Of a stretch of 64,000 nucleotides of DNA, positions 36,422 to 51,549 are shown in pieces. Every line of letters starts with the position of its first letter. Position 1 is the first letter of the stretch. A program made the position numbers and the translations under genes. The stretch is taken from contig OX597827.1 of assembly GCA_951406725.2 (NCBI GenBank), positions 62,372,001 through 62,436,000 of the forward strand. Reading direction: 5' to 3'. The DNA comes from Octopus vulgaris. Taxonomy: Eukaryota. The notes below the pieces were generated by a model. That model made no database searches, was not told where the DNA came from, and saw only the letters and a program-made list of their open reading frames with translations.

Positions 36422-36480
<59 letters not shown>

Positions 36481-36656
36481 GGGAATATAATTCCAAACTT
36501 ACAGGGAAAAATTAAATTTTAGCAATTCTAAATCAAATTTCATGATATTATTCATTTTGAATAATATATATTATAGTATATTTAAATTTTTGTATTTAAT
36601 ATGGATAATGTATTTTACTACTGAATCGCTTAATAATATGAATGTGTGTGTGTGTT

Positions 36657-36694
<38 letters not shown>

Positions 36695-36788
36695 CGGTTT
36701 CTATACCGTTTCCGTTTAACAAATTCACGAGTTAATGATGAGCTTAAATCTATATATTAGAAGACACTTGCCCAAGTTGTCGTGCAGT

Positions 36789-36983
36789 TACTTGTTTCAG
36801 TTATTTGACTGCGGCCATGCTGGAGCACTGCCTTTTGTCGAGCAAATCGACCCCGGGACTTATTCTTTGTAAGCCCAGTACTTATTCTATCAGTCTCTTT
36901 TGCCGAACCGCTAAGTGACGGGGACGTAAATACACCAGCACCGGTTGTCAAGCAATACTAGGGGGACAAACACAGACACACAA

Positions 36984-37036
<53 letters not shown>

Positions 37037-37200
37037 TACGACAGGCTTCTTTCAGTTTCCGTCTACCAAATCCACTCACAAGGCATTGGTCGGCCCGGGG
37101 CTATAGCAGAAGACACTTGCCCAAGATGCCACGCAGTGGGACTGAACCCGGAACCATGTGGTTGTTTAGCAAGCTACTTACCACACAGTCACTCCTGCGC
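36789..37200 (-). mobile_element. Young SINE family A nested in an older family A copy (36690-36788 and 37201-37265)
   Basis: Flanks join to give GCCCAAGTTGTCGTGCAGT|TGGACTGAACC, the family A head. Confidence 0.85.
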
Positions 37201-38243
37201 TTGGACTGAACCGTGAAACCTCGTGGCTGCAAAGCGAGCTTCATAACCACACAGCCATGCCTGTACCTATGTTGTGAAATAAAAATAATAAACGAACTTA
37301 CACAGCACATTTAAGGATCACAACGGATAAGTACATTAATTGATGAAACAATGCAATGATGCAAATATTATCCAAAGTAATTTACTAATGAAATAAAGAA
37401 CGAGGACAATAGGAATAAATGTCTTTGAGTTGATAAAGTTTCCAATTTCTAGTTAAAATATTTAAATACTTTACATGAAACAGACGACGAATTACTAAAG
37501 AGAACAGAATCAACATCGAACTGCTTTCTACAAGGGAAACAATATTAATTCTCTAAAACAAACAAAACACCAAGAGCCCCACTCAAAACTACTGGCTACT
37601 AAACGTGTTTACTACCAATACAACACATCTCTGACAGCCATACCTTCCCACTTTGAAAGCTGTTCGTCGGTGGAAGAATCTGAAGAAGAAGAAAAGGGGA
37701 GGGGATGCTGTAGAAGAAGAGGAAAATAGCTTCAAGATAAAGGACAGCAAATATAAGCGAAACGTGGCGCTCCTTCAGAAGACAAAAATATTGAATAACA
37801 TTACTGAATCTAGGAACAAAATTTAGAAAATAATTAGATTTTGATGGTATTCAATCTCCCCATCCATCTAGTGAGTATAACTAATCATTATTTGCTATCT
37901 TCCTTGTCTTGATTACACACAAAAATATTGCTTACAATAACAAATCGTAGTATGCAATTGTAAGACAGTAGACCAGTAAGTGTAAACAAAGAGAAACATG
38001 ACGGATAATACAAATAGTAGGTGAAACACTACCTGCCGGGCAAAGATTTATGAGTATGCTGTAGTATGTTGTTAAAGCAATATGTTATAAAGCACGCGTG
38101 ATATAAACTTCAAAGAGGTTTAACCCTTCTTTCTCAAAAGGGTCCACTTTTTACGATTAGCACCTGTCAAAATAATATAAAAAGACTAATGTACGGAAAG
38201 AAATGATTCCCAAAATATATAAAAGTCTTGGATGCATGGTGGT

Positions 38244-38499
38244 GACCCCCTTCGGTCAGACACTGACCATGGGTTTGCACCTAGAGAGTTACCCTCTGAG
38301 GCACAAGTCTGGGCAAGGTTGTTTTATGGAAGACCAGTAGTCGCCCATGCATACCAGCCTCCCCTCTCCACGCCACCAGTGTTATCCAAGGGAAAGGCAG
38401 AGGGGCCGATACAGCTTGGCACCTGTGACGTCGCAACTCATTTCTACAGCTGAGTGAACTGGAGCAACGTGAAATAAAGTGTCTTGCTCAAAAACACAA
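38244..38499 (-). mobile_element. SINE family B, 5'-truncated
   Basis: Reverse complement of about 1985-2240. Confidence 0.85.
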
Positions 38500-39021
38500 A
38501 TTCTCTCAACGCATTCAAGTATCATAAAGTAGGCTCCGAGATATGAAGGAGGAAAACCGAAGCTGCAGTAGAAAAAAAATACTTCCTGCAAATATATTAG
38601 CAAAGGTATGGAGATTTATAATAAACAAGAAATGGATACAGTCAAGTCAAACAAAGGAAAATGACGCTGAAAATGTAACAAGAAGAAATGGAGACACAAA
38701 GGTGGGGCTCCTACAAACTAATGGAAGTAGCACAGCATCAGAACTACACATAAAGCAGCTGAGATGTCATACGATAAAGAGAAGAACTTACCAGAGATGA
38801 TCACAAATGTAGTAGAAGAACTATTCAAAAAACAGAAAACTCTAGACCCGAAAAAATTCATAAACACAAAGAGTGTGTCAACACACACGAAAAGGACTTG
38901 AAGTAAAAAAAAAATTAACAAAACTATAAACGAGGTCGATGATGACACTAAAAATCACGAAGACAGCTTCGTAAAAGTCGTGACAAGACAACGAATATAT
39001 ATTCTCAGCTACAGATGGATG

Positions 39022-39245
39022 TTACTCTCTTTTTTACTCTCTCTTTTACTTGTTTCAGTCATTTGACTGCGGCCAGGCTGGAGCACCGCCTTTAATCGAG
39101 CAACTCGACCCCGGGACTTATTCTTTTTTTGTAAGCCCAGTACTTATTCTATCGGTCTCTTTTGCCGAACCGCTAAGTAACGGGGACATAAACACACCAG
39201 CATCAGTTGTCAAGCAATGCTAGGGGGACAGACACAGACGCACAA

Positions 39246-39308
<63 letters not shown>

Positions 39309-39473
39309 TACGACGGGCTTCTTTCAGTTTCCGTCTACCAAATCCACTCACAAGGCTTTGGTCGGCCCGAGACTATAGTAGAAGACACTTGCCCAAGGTG
39401 CCACGCAGTGGGACTGAACTCGGAACCATGTGGTTGGTAAACAAGGTACTTACCACACAGACACTCCTGCGCC
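39022..39473 (-). mobile_element. SINE family A, full length
   Basis: Reverse complement of the 25629 copy, including head and tail. Confidence 0.9.
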
Positions 39474-40032
39474 TATATAAGTACAGAATAATAATAATAA
39501 AACAACAGAAATAGTCGTTGTTACTAACATGTCGCGTGGTCTATAACGGAATAAGTCAACCACAATTTCATCAAATGTCGATTGAAAACAGACAAATTTG
39601 AATACAAGGGATCTTGAACTCTGAATGTAAGGGTAAATAAACGCATTTTACGTGTTATTCGAGTCCCTATTCGCTCTCCCATTCCATTTCTATGGAATAA
39701 GGTAGTTTTTAGCGTTCAATACTAGTGTTTATGCCGGCGTTTTCAGAGCACGTTTGCCCTGAGTGATGCATCGGAGATACTGCATCAATCGATATCTCGC
39801 TCTGTGTGATATTAGGGTCGCATCAAGACGACAAGCTGGCTGAGTCGTTATCATGCTGGACAAAATGCTTAGCGGCATTTCTTCCGACATTACGTTCTGA
39901 GTTCAAATGTCACCGAAGTCCACTTTGCCTTTCATCAGAGTCGATAAAACAAGTATCAATTGAGCATTGGGTGGGGTGGGGGGATGAAATCGCATGCATT
40001 TCAGGTACTCTGGCTATAGCGGAAAGGATATT

Positions 40033-41212
40033 AGGATTACATCTCCGTTAGCCAATGACAGGCTTCATAACTGACATCCGCCAGGAGGAAGCTGATAACG
40101 GAGGCTGGAATTTGAACTTATGTCGCACACAAAAAAGTTAGAACACTGTAAGATACCTCGTCCAATGCTCTTTCATTTCGGTCCATTCATGTTTTTATTA
40201 TGTTGTTTATTGATACTCGGGATTTGAACTTAGAGCAGCCGAAAGTAAAACCGCAAGGCCTCATATGGGACTCGCTATCATGTCATTCAATTGCAACCTT
40301 CTCTTATTCATATTAATAACGATTGACACAGGATTACATCTCCGTTAGCCAATGACAGGCTTCATAACTGACATCCGCTAGGAGGAAGCTGATAACGGAG
40401 GCTGGAATTTGAACTTATGTCTCACACAAAAAAGTTAGAAGACTATAAGATACCTCGTCCAACGCTCTTTCATTTCGGTCCATTCATGTTTTTATTATGT
40501 TGTTTATTGATACTCGGGATTTGAACTTAGAGCAGCCGAAAGTAAAACCGCAAGGCCTCATATGGGACTCGCTATCATGTCATTCAATTGCAACCTTCTC
40601 TTATTCATATTAATAACGATTGACACAGGATTACATCTCCGTTAGCCAATGACAGGCTTCATAACTGACATCCGCTAGGAGGAAGCTGATAACGGAGGCT
40701 GGAATTTGAACTTATGTCTCACACAAAAAAGTTAGAAGACTATAAGATACCTCGTCCAACGCTCTTTCATTTCGGTCCATTCATGTTTTTATTATGTTGT
40801 TTATTGATACTCGGGATTTGAACTTAGAGCAGCCGAAAGTAAAACCGCAAGGCCTCATATGGGACTCGCTATCATGTCATTCAATTGCAACCTTCTCTTA
40901 TTCATATTAATAACGATTGACACAGGATTACATCTCCGTTAGCCAATGACAGGCTTCATAACTGACATCCGCTAGGAGGAAGCTGATAACGGAGGCTGGA
41001 ATTTGAACTTATGTCGCACACAAAAAAGTTAGAAGACTATAAGATACCTCGTCCAACGGTCTTTCATTTCGGTCCATTCATGTTTTTATTATGTTGTTTA
41101 TTGATACTCGGGATTTGAACTTAGAGCAGCCGAAAGTAAAACCGCAAGGCCTCATATGGGACGCGCTATCATGTCATTCTATTGCAGCCTTCTCTTATTC
41201 ATGTTAATAACG
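40033..41212. repeat. Tandem repeat, 4 x 297 bp
   Basis: AGGATTACATCTCCGTTAGCC starts at 40033, 40330, 40627 and 40924; units are nearly identical. Confidence 0.95.
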
Positions 41213-42171
41213 GTAATAAATAGTTAGATATTGACACACTCAATGCCCGGAACGCCGAGTGTTGATATTATTACATCATCAATGGAAAACCTCGAACCAA
41301 TGCTGACGTGAAAATGGTATCACAGAAACATGTCACTTAATAAAAGAGCACGGAAGAAAAACAAATAGAAACAAAACAAATGAACGCATAAATAAATTTA
41401 AAGATGGTCTTTGGATAAATGAGTTGCCGTATTACATATACGAAGCCAAACAAAGCCTTAAAAACAAATATATCACATAAGGAGAAGGATAAATAGAGGA
41501 AATATTACATTTATATGCCAACGAATAAGCGAATATCAGAAGCTTTATGTTTAAATGGATAAACTAGGGAAATAAAAATGTCCAGACATAGACAAAAACG
41601 CTATTATAAAACATGTATGTAAAAGCTGTATAACTGTCAGGAAACAAAGAGAAGAAAAAAATATGTCTATACAAGAAGCAGAGGAAAATCGAGTTTATGA
41701 GAAGGATGGAAGTTAGAAGAAAAGAGACAATAAAATAAAGTTATCTTTCCATAGCTTTAAAAATAAGACATAAAGCAAGCCCAGATATACGTCAAAGTCA
41801 ATAAAGGATCTTGAGAGGTGAAACCACTTAAGGAAGCTACAAGGATAATAAGGTGTATAACACACACACACACACACACACACATACACACACGCATATG
41901 TGTGTGTGTGTGTGTGTATGTACACCCCCCATAGACACATACTTACATATGTAGATATCTATATCTATATCCATCTATATATATGTATATGTGTATATCA
42001 ATATATATACTTGAATGTAGATATATAAACATACATATATGTGTGTGTGTGTGTATGTGTGTTTGTGTGTATGCACATATATATAGGTATACACACGCAC
42101 GCACTCATATATATGCAGACATTGTGTAGAAATGCATATATAAAGCAAGTATATATATATATATATCTATA

Positions 42172-42258
<87 letters not shown>

Positions 42259-42354
42259 CTATGTATATTTATAACCTTCGTAGTAGATATACAAACAGCA
42301 AAATGGACCATTTCTCCAAAGACTGCAAAAGCGATATCTGTATGTAAGTTTATA

Positions 42355-42418
<64 letters not shown>

Positions 42419-42614
42419 CATACATACATACATATATACGTACATATATATATATGTATGTATATATATATGTATATTTTATATACATGTGTACATACGC
42501 ATGCACATATGCGAATACACACATGTATACGTACAACTGTATAAAGATAAATATATAAATACACACCCACACATATTTCAACAAGCACACGCACACATGT
42601 ATATATATAAATAC

Positions 42615-42689
<75 letters not shown>

Positions 42690-43139
42690 TATATATATAT
42701 ATATAAAGCAATATATAAACATATATGTATACAGGATATATATGTGTGTGTGTGTGTGTGTGTTTGTGTGTGTATAATAAAATGTCGTGAATAAGAAATG
42801 AAGAGGCAAAACAGATAAAAGCATATAAGCTAAATAGAAAGAGCGAGACAATTGGAGAATATAATGGCGATGTAAAAAAAAAAAAAAAAAAAAGTAGAAA
42901 ACAAAAACAAAAAACAAACAAAACGAGCAAGATGTTGAAATGATCATTATTGAGACGAACAAATTACTGTGTGGAGCTGTCTCCATTATTCGAATCAATT
43001 TAATTCAATTCAATTCAATCCAATTTATTGGTATTGTCTACAAATATACCTAAAGATAGGACGCGTTTTACTTGAATGAGAATGAAGGTAAGCAGTAAAT
43101 AAATAAATAAATAAATATATAAATGAATAAATAAATAAA

Positions 43140-43201
<62 letters not shown>

Positions 43202-43218
43202 TAAATATATATATATAT

Positions 43219-43277
<59 letters not shown>

Positions 43278-44774
43278 CAATAAACACCTTTAAGAGATAT
43301 ATAATATAATGATAGAATTGATCATATCCCAATCTATTCTGAGTAAAAATCGATTCACGACACTCAAATATAACATAAAAAAAACATTTAAAAGGGGGAA
43401 GAAAAAGGAAATCGTCGAAAATGAAGAAAGAGGAGAAAAAAAATTAGGATAAATGATTCTGGTGTAATCACAATGGAGAAGGAGTTTGGAAGAAATGAAA
43501 AAGAAAAAGAAAAAAGCAAACAACCCCCAGCGAACTAAAAAAAAAAAGCCGATAGCGTTTTTATGAAGCAAACAAGTTGTTTACAAGTGACCAGCTATAA
43601 TATTTCCAGACAATACGTAAGCCACGGCAAAGGACTATCAGCCTGGTAGAAATGACTACCACATTTTCTAAAATCGCGCTAAACTTCTATAAAATAGGAA
43701 GGGCATATTTGGTAGTAAATTCAGTTAATACAATAGAAACAGCTCTATAATAAAAATATTACCAATACTACACACTTAAACGCCATAAGCTGCGCTTGTT
43801 GGTGCAGGAAAAATCGCCTTAAATATGTATAGTGTTAAAAAGTACAATATACTTTAGAGCTGGGTGAAAGAAAATCACACCAGAAGTGATCACGAGATGG
43901 AAGTCGAAATTACGACGAAATACGGCATTTGCCACTTACGCGATCACTCATAGGGCAATTTCTTTTCGCTTAGCTTTGATGTATATTATGCTTCCTAACA
44001 CTACCCCATCTTTTATGAATTTTTTTCGGTTCGAAAAACCGCTGCATCTGGCGTTTGAACAATACTCGTATATTAAGTGTGTGGCATTGGTAATAGTTAC
44101 ATACTTGATAATATTAAAGGTATACCTAAGGCGATGAACCGGCAGAATGGTTAGCACCCCGAGCAAAATGCCTAGCGGTCGACTTTACTCGTCCCCCTTT
44201 TGAGGTTGATCAAATAAGTACTAACTGAGCACTGGCGTCGAAGTAATTGAACGTACCCATTCCTCAAAATTTCTCAAAAAACCAATATTTAAGGTATACG
44301 ACCACCCCAATATCAGGATTAGAATGTTTCTGATCACAGTTCTTTTCGGTGGTGTTTAGCCTTAGTTTAAACATTAGCAACGAAAATCATATGGTTTTTT
44401 ACAAAGACAAACAAAACATCTGACAACGTGGGAAACTATATATGGTTGCTCAGTCTAGAAATATCCTTTCTACTATAAGCACAAGGCAAAATATCAAGTC
44501 TTCCAAATGGTTAAATGTTTAGATTTCCCGACAGCAAGAATAAACATGCAGTTCAGCAAAGAAAGAAAATAATGCTTACATCTTCATCCAATAATTTTTT
44601 TTTTTACAAGTATTCAAATTTAATTGAAGGCAGGTAATTTTCACTTGAAAATTACGAGTTTAAAATTTATTGAGAATTCAAGTAAAAATACGTTGTCATC
44701 ATTCTTAATGATATTAATATTTTTTTAAATGATATAATTGCTATATCGATATAATTGCAATATATATATATAAC

Positions 44775-44981
44775 GGGAAGCTTTATGAAAATAAACAAAA
44801 GACGAAGGCAGGTGGAATACAAACAAACAATTGTATTAGTATGGCGCTCAGGAATATAAATAAAACAAGTCTTTTACGTTTCGAGCCTACGCTCTTCAAC
44901 AGAAAGATACACAGAAAAGAAACACAGAAAGAAACAAGGAGAGAAAAAAATGCGTGCAGAGGCTAGCGAATCAACATGGCG

Positions 44982-44985
<4 letters not shown>
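44775..44985 (-). mobile_element. Penelope-like terminal-repeat fragment with minimal hammerhead at 44870-44907 (core CUGUUGA)
   Basis: Minus strand: TCTTT-CTGTTGA-A-GAGC-GTAG-GCTC-GAAAC-GTA-AAAGA; flanked by (TA)n. Confidence 0.7.
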
Positions 44986-45047
<62 letters not shown>

Positions 45048-46748
45048 GGAGTAAGCACATAAATGTGAAACAATGTAGAAAAAAGAGTACTCAAATACCA
45101 GAGGTCGAGTAATATGCTTTATTTAAAAGCAGCAGAAATATAACAAAAGCTGTAACACAGAGTTTCACGTTCCCGTCCTACAGCTTTATCTGTGCGTAGA
45201 AATACCCGCATGTCACGTAAATAGTTCCACTGAGCAAGCGTTTAGTAGGCCCTGTGCCAGAAAGTTCAGCTCGGTTGAGTAGAGACTGGGTGAGTAGACT
45301 GTAAATAAACTAACAACTTGCAATGAGAAACCTTCTCTGCGTTATGTGTGCCTTAGACACAGGACTATTTTTCACTTGCTCACGTATCAAAAATACCTAC
45401 TTTTGTGTGATCACGTGCCACTCTTTCCTACGACTCGGAAGAATTTTCCTTAAGATTTAAAATTAGCAAAGAGCCATATTATTTCTTGACATAATAATCT
45501 GGTTGGCGAATGTACAATTTAAGAAACGCCGTATTATTTGTTCCGTCTATCAAAGTAGAAACATGCCGCATTATTTGTTCCGTCTAATAAGGCAGAAACA
45601 AATTTGATATTAAGATATAACGTGGTTACGTTTTTTTATTAAATGCAAAACATTATACTTTGTGGCATTCTGTGTGGTATTTAAACTATTGTAACTATTT
45701 GGTCAATAAACTTACTAAAAACATTCTTATGAATTGGTAAAGTTAAAGAAGATAGATTTGTAAATTTGTAAACTTTAAGACGTTAAATTTCGTTGGTTCC
45801 GCTTAATTTTTGGATTAGATTTATATTTCCGATTTTTTTCTTCCTCCGTTTCACATACTATTTTAAAAATATGATGAATTCGTGTACTGCGAGGAGAGGT
45901 CAATCCAGACATTAGTTGAAAAAAACAAGATGTTTTTTATGTCCCAATAATTAATAATATCAAAAGAAACTATTTGTGACAACATGAAACCTTAGGTTAA
46001 TTATGCTTTGCCTGATGTTTCATTATGTCAAACATAATTTCAATAACATTCTTTGATAAATAATTTTTTTTTCAAAATCGAAAATAATAAATATTATAAC
46101 ACTATAGCAATCACTTGATCAATATACAAGATACGTTCTCATCACACCTTTCAAAAGAAATGCTCACTGTCAAAATGGCTTCAGTTTCGTGACGAAATAT
46201 TACTTGGAACTACTTGTCTGATCATAGACAAAAACTTCTTTGAAGGCCCCTCCATTTTACGACCACCACGACGATTTTGGTCAAAATGTTTAGGTGGGTG
46301 ATGAGCATTTGATGTTCGCAGAGTCAAATGGTTCGCTTTTGTTTTTGGTTTTGTGATAAAATTTAACTGTCTATTGAAAATTTTTTAAATTCATTTTTAC
46401 TAATATTTAAAATACAAAAATAATTAATAATTTCATGACATTGCAGTGCATTCAATATAACAAGGATATTTAGAAAAAAAACTGGCGGCCAGAAAAACAA
46501 GAATTGCTTGAATGTGTGTTGTATTCTTGATGTCAAGTTTTGAAATCGAATTATAGTGTGAATTCATTTCCCACACCTTGGCTTAGTGGATTGTACCAAG
46601 GGAGACACTACAATCACGACATTATTATCTGCCATAAAGAAAGAACACACTGTTTAAAATAGCGTGGATATACTGATAAAATTAGACAAGATGATCACGG
46701 CTAGATTGTCTTTGGTCATGGATCTCTTCGATCAGCAGCGGCAACAGC

Positions 46749-46938
46749 CGTTCAAGAATTTGAACCCGGAGATCTCCATTTCCAGTAACTTTGAGGGCCA
46801 CCTCCCAGCGGTGTCGGGCGTCAACGAAGAGCCCTTGACTACAACAAGACGACCAAAGATTTTTTCGCTAACGTCTGGGGGTCTCCCGCCCCTAAGCCCT
46901 AGATCATTACCTAATCACCCTCACCCATCTTGTTGCTT

Positions 46939-46940
<2 letters not shown>
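46749..46940. repeat. Second copy of the (CAG)/(CAA)-associated repeat
   Basis: Homologous to 34831-35023; followed by (CAA)n(CAG)n. Confidence 0.8.
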
Positions 46941-46990
<50 letters not shown>

Positions 46991-47396
46991 GCAGCAGCAG
47001 CAGCAGCGGCAGCAATAACATGCTTGGTTATTATTAATTCTTCTTAATTTTATACAAGACCAGTAATTTTGAAGGGAAGGAGCCAGTTGATTACATCGCC
47101 CCCATTGTTAGCTGGCACTTATTTTATCAACTCCTGAAAGGATGAACGGCAATGTCGACCTGGGCGGAATTTGAACACAGAACCTAAAGAGCCAAAGAAC
47201 CATTGATTCTAAAGCACTTCCTGATGGCTGATTTTCCTGCACCAAAAATGGTCATTTCAAAATTAAGCAAATATTAAATTTACTTAAATAATCAAATGAA
47301 TTACAGGTATACGTTCGTTGGTATAAAAGATACAAGTTTATTAATTCAGTACTGTGCAAGGTATTGTGAGACATAGCCGCCCATTAGACTAGTCTG

Positions 47397-47698
47397 TGGA
47401 GGCACATGGCCTAGTGGTTAGAGCAGCGGACTCACGGTCGAGGGATCGCGGGTTCGAATCTCAGACCGGGCGATGTGTGTCTTTATGAGCGAAACGCCTA
47501 AGCTCCACGCGGCTCCGGTAGAAGGTAATGGCAAACTTCTGCTGACTCTTTCGCCACAACTTTCTCTCACTCTTTCCTCCTGCATCTTGCAGCTCAACTG
47601 CGACGGACCGGCGTCCCGTCCAGATGGGGAACCTATACGCCAAGGAAACCGGGAAACCTGCCCTTATGAGCCAGGCGTGGGTCGAGAAGGAACAAACA
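47397..47698 (+). mobile_element. SINE family E, full length, with 14-bp target-site duplication
   Basis: TSD ATTAGACTAGTCTG at 47383-47396 and 47699-47712; A-box TGGCCTAGTGG, B-box GGTTCGAATCT. Confidence 0.92.
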
Positions 47699-48828
47699 AT
47701 TAGACTAGTCTGGCGGCTGTGAGAATTTAAAGTTCCTGTTCGTAAACTAGTACAGATTATAAGACATTCCAGATTATCAGTGTGTGGAAAGTTCGTTTTA
47801 CAATTGTATTACAGACATGTGTAGATACATGCTTTCTCTCTATAAATGCGCAAGGCCCATAGCCTTCGTCGATCATGGATCTCTATGCTAAAACCAAGAG
47901 AAAAGTACATCAGAATTTCCTCGTTGCTTTCGATCTGTTTATTCACAGTTTATTCTGACAGTTTCTTGCTCTTCCAAACTTACCCTTGAGGCACTGGGAC
48001 TTGTTAACCCCGAGGTGGACGTTTTAAGATAACATCAGGGTATGGGTATATCTACATGTGTCATACAGGCCTCACCTGAATGTATATACACAGGTAGAGC
48101 CTGTGTGACTTATCTGGTGGGACTGAAGTCGGTACCATGTGGTTGGGAAGCAAACTTATCATAGAGCCCTTTCAAATGGAGCTCCTGAACTTCCTGAGCT
48201 GCAGCCTGTCTTACTGAGATAAATAAATATGGTAGAAATCCCAAAACGGTGCAAAGAAGTGCTTTTCTAATCATAATTCAATTCTATTTATGACAGCACG
48301 TAGAATATTTAAGAAGGTATACTCGTATTGCGTATTAAATATTTATCACTTTGAATTAGAAATGAAAAGTCAAAATGGCAATCTGTGTCTCTGAATGTAT
48401 ATACGAGTGTGCGTGTTTGTATGTATGTGTGTGCGTGTGTGAGTGTGAATGTGTGTGTATGTGTGTGTGTATGTATGTGTGTATGTATGTATGTATGTAT
48501 GAAAGTGTCTGTCTCTATATAGTTGCACGTTATGTGCATTCATAAACAATACGCAGAGCTACTTTCTGAAGGTTGTTTGGTAATCTGTTGTTTTCTTGTT
48601 TGATCCCAATATGCAACATCTTACATAATATATATATGTTGCATATATTTATATACATATATATATATATATATATATGGTGAAATAGAAAGATGAATAA
48701 TCTCGTTGCAGATTAATCAAAAGTTTAACCGATACCTTGGTAGCAAAAATCACAGCAGTAGAAAGCACGGTTGGAGGTACAACCATATGGTGTTGCAACA
48801 GTGCGTTGGTGCGGATAATTGAATTTTA

Positions 48829-49716
<888 letters not shown>

Positions 49717-49765
49717 TATATATATATATATATATAAATATATTCCTCGAGAAGGAACAAACAAC

Positions 49766-49801
<36 letters not shown>

Positions 49802-49884
49802 ATAGGAATATATATATGACGTTCGCGCACGCACCTACCCACACATACCTCCCTTCTTGCACTCGATGTAATATTTATGTTCTG

Positions 49885-50260
49885 AAGGCGCCGAGCTAGC
49901 AGAAACGTGAGCGCGCCGGGCGAAATTCTTAGCGGTATTTCGTTTGTCTTTAAGTTCTGAGTTCAAATTCCGCCGAAGTCAACTTGCCTTTCATCGACGC
50001 TCTGGGGTCTATATAATCAATTTAATCCGTTTGTCTGTCCTTGTTTGTCCTCTCTGTGTTTAGCCCCTTGTGGGTAGTAAAGAAACAGGTATTTCATCTG
50101 TCTCTATGTTCTGAGTTCAAATTCCGCCAAGGTCTACTTTGCCTTTCATCCTTTCAGGGTCGATAATTAAGTACCAGTTGTGTACTGGTGTAAATCTAAT
50201 CAACTGGCCTCCTCCCCCAAAATTTAGGGCCTTGTGTAGCCTAGTGTAGAAAAGAATATT
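49885..50260 (+). mobile_element. SINE family D dimer
   Basis: Head GGCGCCGAGCTAGCAGAA..GAGTTCAAATTCC, two core units. Confidence 0.85.
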
Positions 50261-50313
50261 TATGTTCTTAAAATAAAATAACTCTGTAAATAAACTTTTA
50301 CACACTAGTATAC

Positions 50314-50389
50314 TTACACTAGTATGTTCTCAAACTGTTTTTACGAAATGGTTATTTCGTAAAAACAGTTTGAGAACATACTAGTGTAA
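50314..50389. repeat. Perfect inverted repeat, 36-bp arms, 4-nt loop
   Basis: TTACACTAGTATGTTCTCAAACTGTTTTTACGAAAT-ggtt-ATTTCGTAAAAACAGTTTGAGAACATACTAGTGTAA. Confidence 0.9.
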
Positions 50390-51090
50390 ATATTCTTTTC
50401 TACTCTAGGCACTAGGTCCGAATTTTTGGGAGAAGAGCCAGTTAATTAGATCAACCCCAGTACGCAGCTGGCACTTAATTTATCGACACCGAAAAGATGA
50501 AAGGCAAATTCGACCTCGGTGGAATTTGAACTCAGAACGTAAAGACAGACGAAATACCTAATTCTTTACTACCCACAAGGGGCTAAACACAGAAGGGACA
50601 AACAAGGACAAACAAACAGATTAAGTCGATTATATCGACCCCAGTGCGTAACTGGTACTTATTTAATCGACCCCGAAAGGATGAAAGGCAAAGTCGACCT
50701 CGGTGGAATTTGAACTCAGAACGTAAAGACAGACGAAATACCTAATTCTTTACTACCCACAAGGGGCTAAACACAGAAGGGACAAACAAGGACAAACAAA
50801 CAGATTAAGTCGATTATATCGACCCCAGTGCGTAACTGGTACTTATTTAATCGACCCCGAAAGGATGAAAGGCAAAGTCGACCTCGGCAGAATTTGAACT
50901 CAGAACGTAAAGACAGACGAAATACCTAATTCTTTACTACCCACAAGGGGCTAAACACAGAAGGGACAAACAAGGACAAACAAACAGATTAAGTCGATTA
51001 TATCGACCCCAGTGCGTAACTGGTACTTATTTAATCGACCCCGAAAGGATGAAAGGCAAAGTCGACCTCGGCAGAATTTGAACTCAGAAC
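50390..51090 (-). mobile_element. SINE family D multimer with an internal 184-bp unit repeated three times
   Basis: GAATTTGAACTCAGAAC at 50522, 50706, 50890 and 51074. Confidence 0.9.
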
Positions 51091-51514
51091 GGAATACCCG
51101 GTATACATTTCGCTCGGTATGCTATAGTAGTCTAAATATTGAGCGTGATGTATTACATGAAAAGTCTTGAGATGGTATCCCTGTAAAATAGTCAACCAGT
51201 GCCTACGCTGTGCAGAAGAATTCAAATGCCTATTTTTCCTCAGCTCATGTGTGTCCCATTCCACAGGTTCTTATGCACCGTAATTTGAATCTTCTACTAA
51301 ACAGTTTCCCTGCCCCTGCATTACATGTGAACTCCCTTGCTACTATTTCAGCTAAATTGCACTCTAATTAAAGCCTATCATTTTAAAAAGACTTGTCGAT
51401 CGTTGATTAGACCTGGTCTAATACTAAGCATTAGAACCAGACCAGGCATAATATCTGGTATTAAGGTATTAAGCCTTGATATTATAACATTTATTAAGGC
51501 ATTAAGCTAGATGC

Positions 51515-51549
<35 letters not shown>

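Noticed and set aside
38540-39000. Possible 5' ORF remnant of a Dong-like LINE
   Set aside because: Only vague resemblance; too degraded to support without a search.
40033-41212. 297-bp tandem as a hammerhead-bearing retrozyme array (CTGATAA..GGCTG..CAGCC-GAAA)
   Set aside because: The core lacks G8, no stem I or stem III forms, and the intervening sequence looks SINE-derived.
45885-46255. Old mariner-type MITE
   Set aside because: Putative TIRs are too degenerate and no TA duplication can be confirmed.
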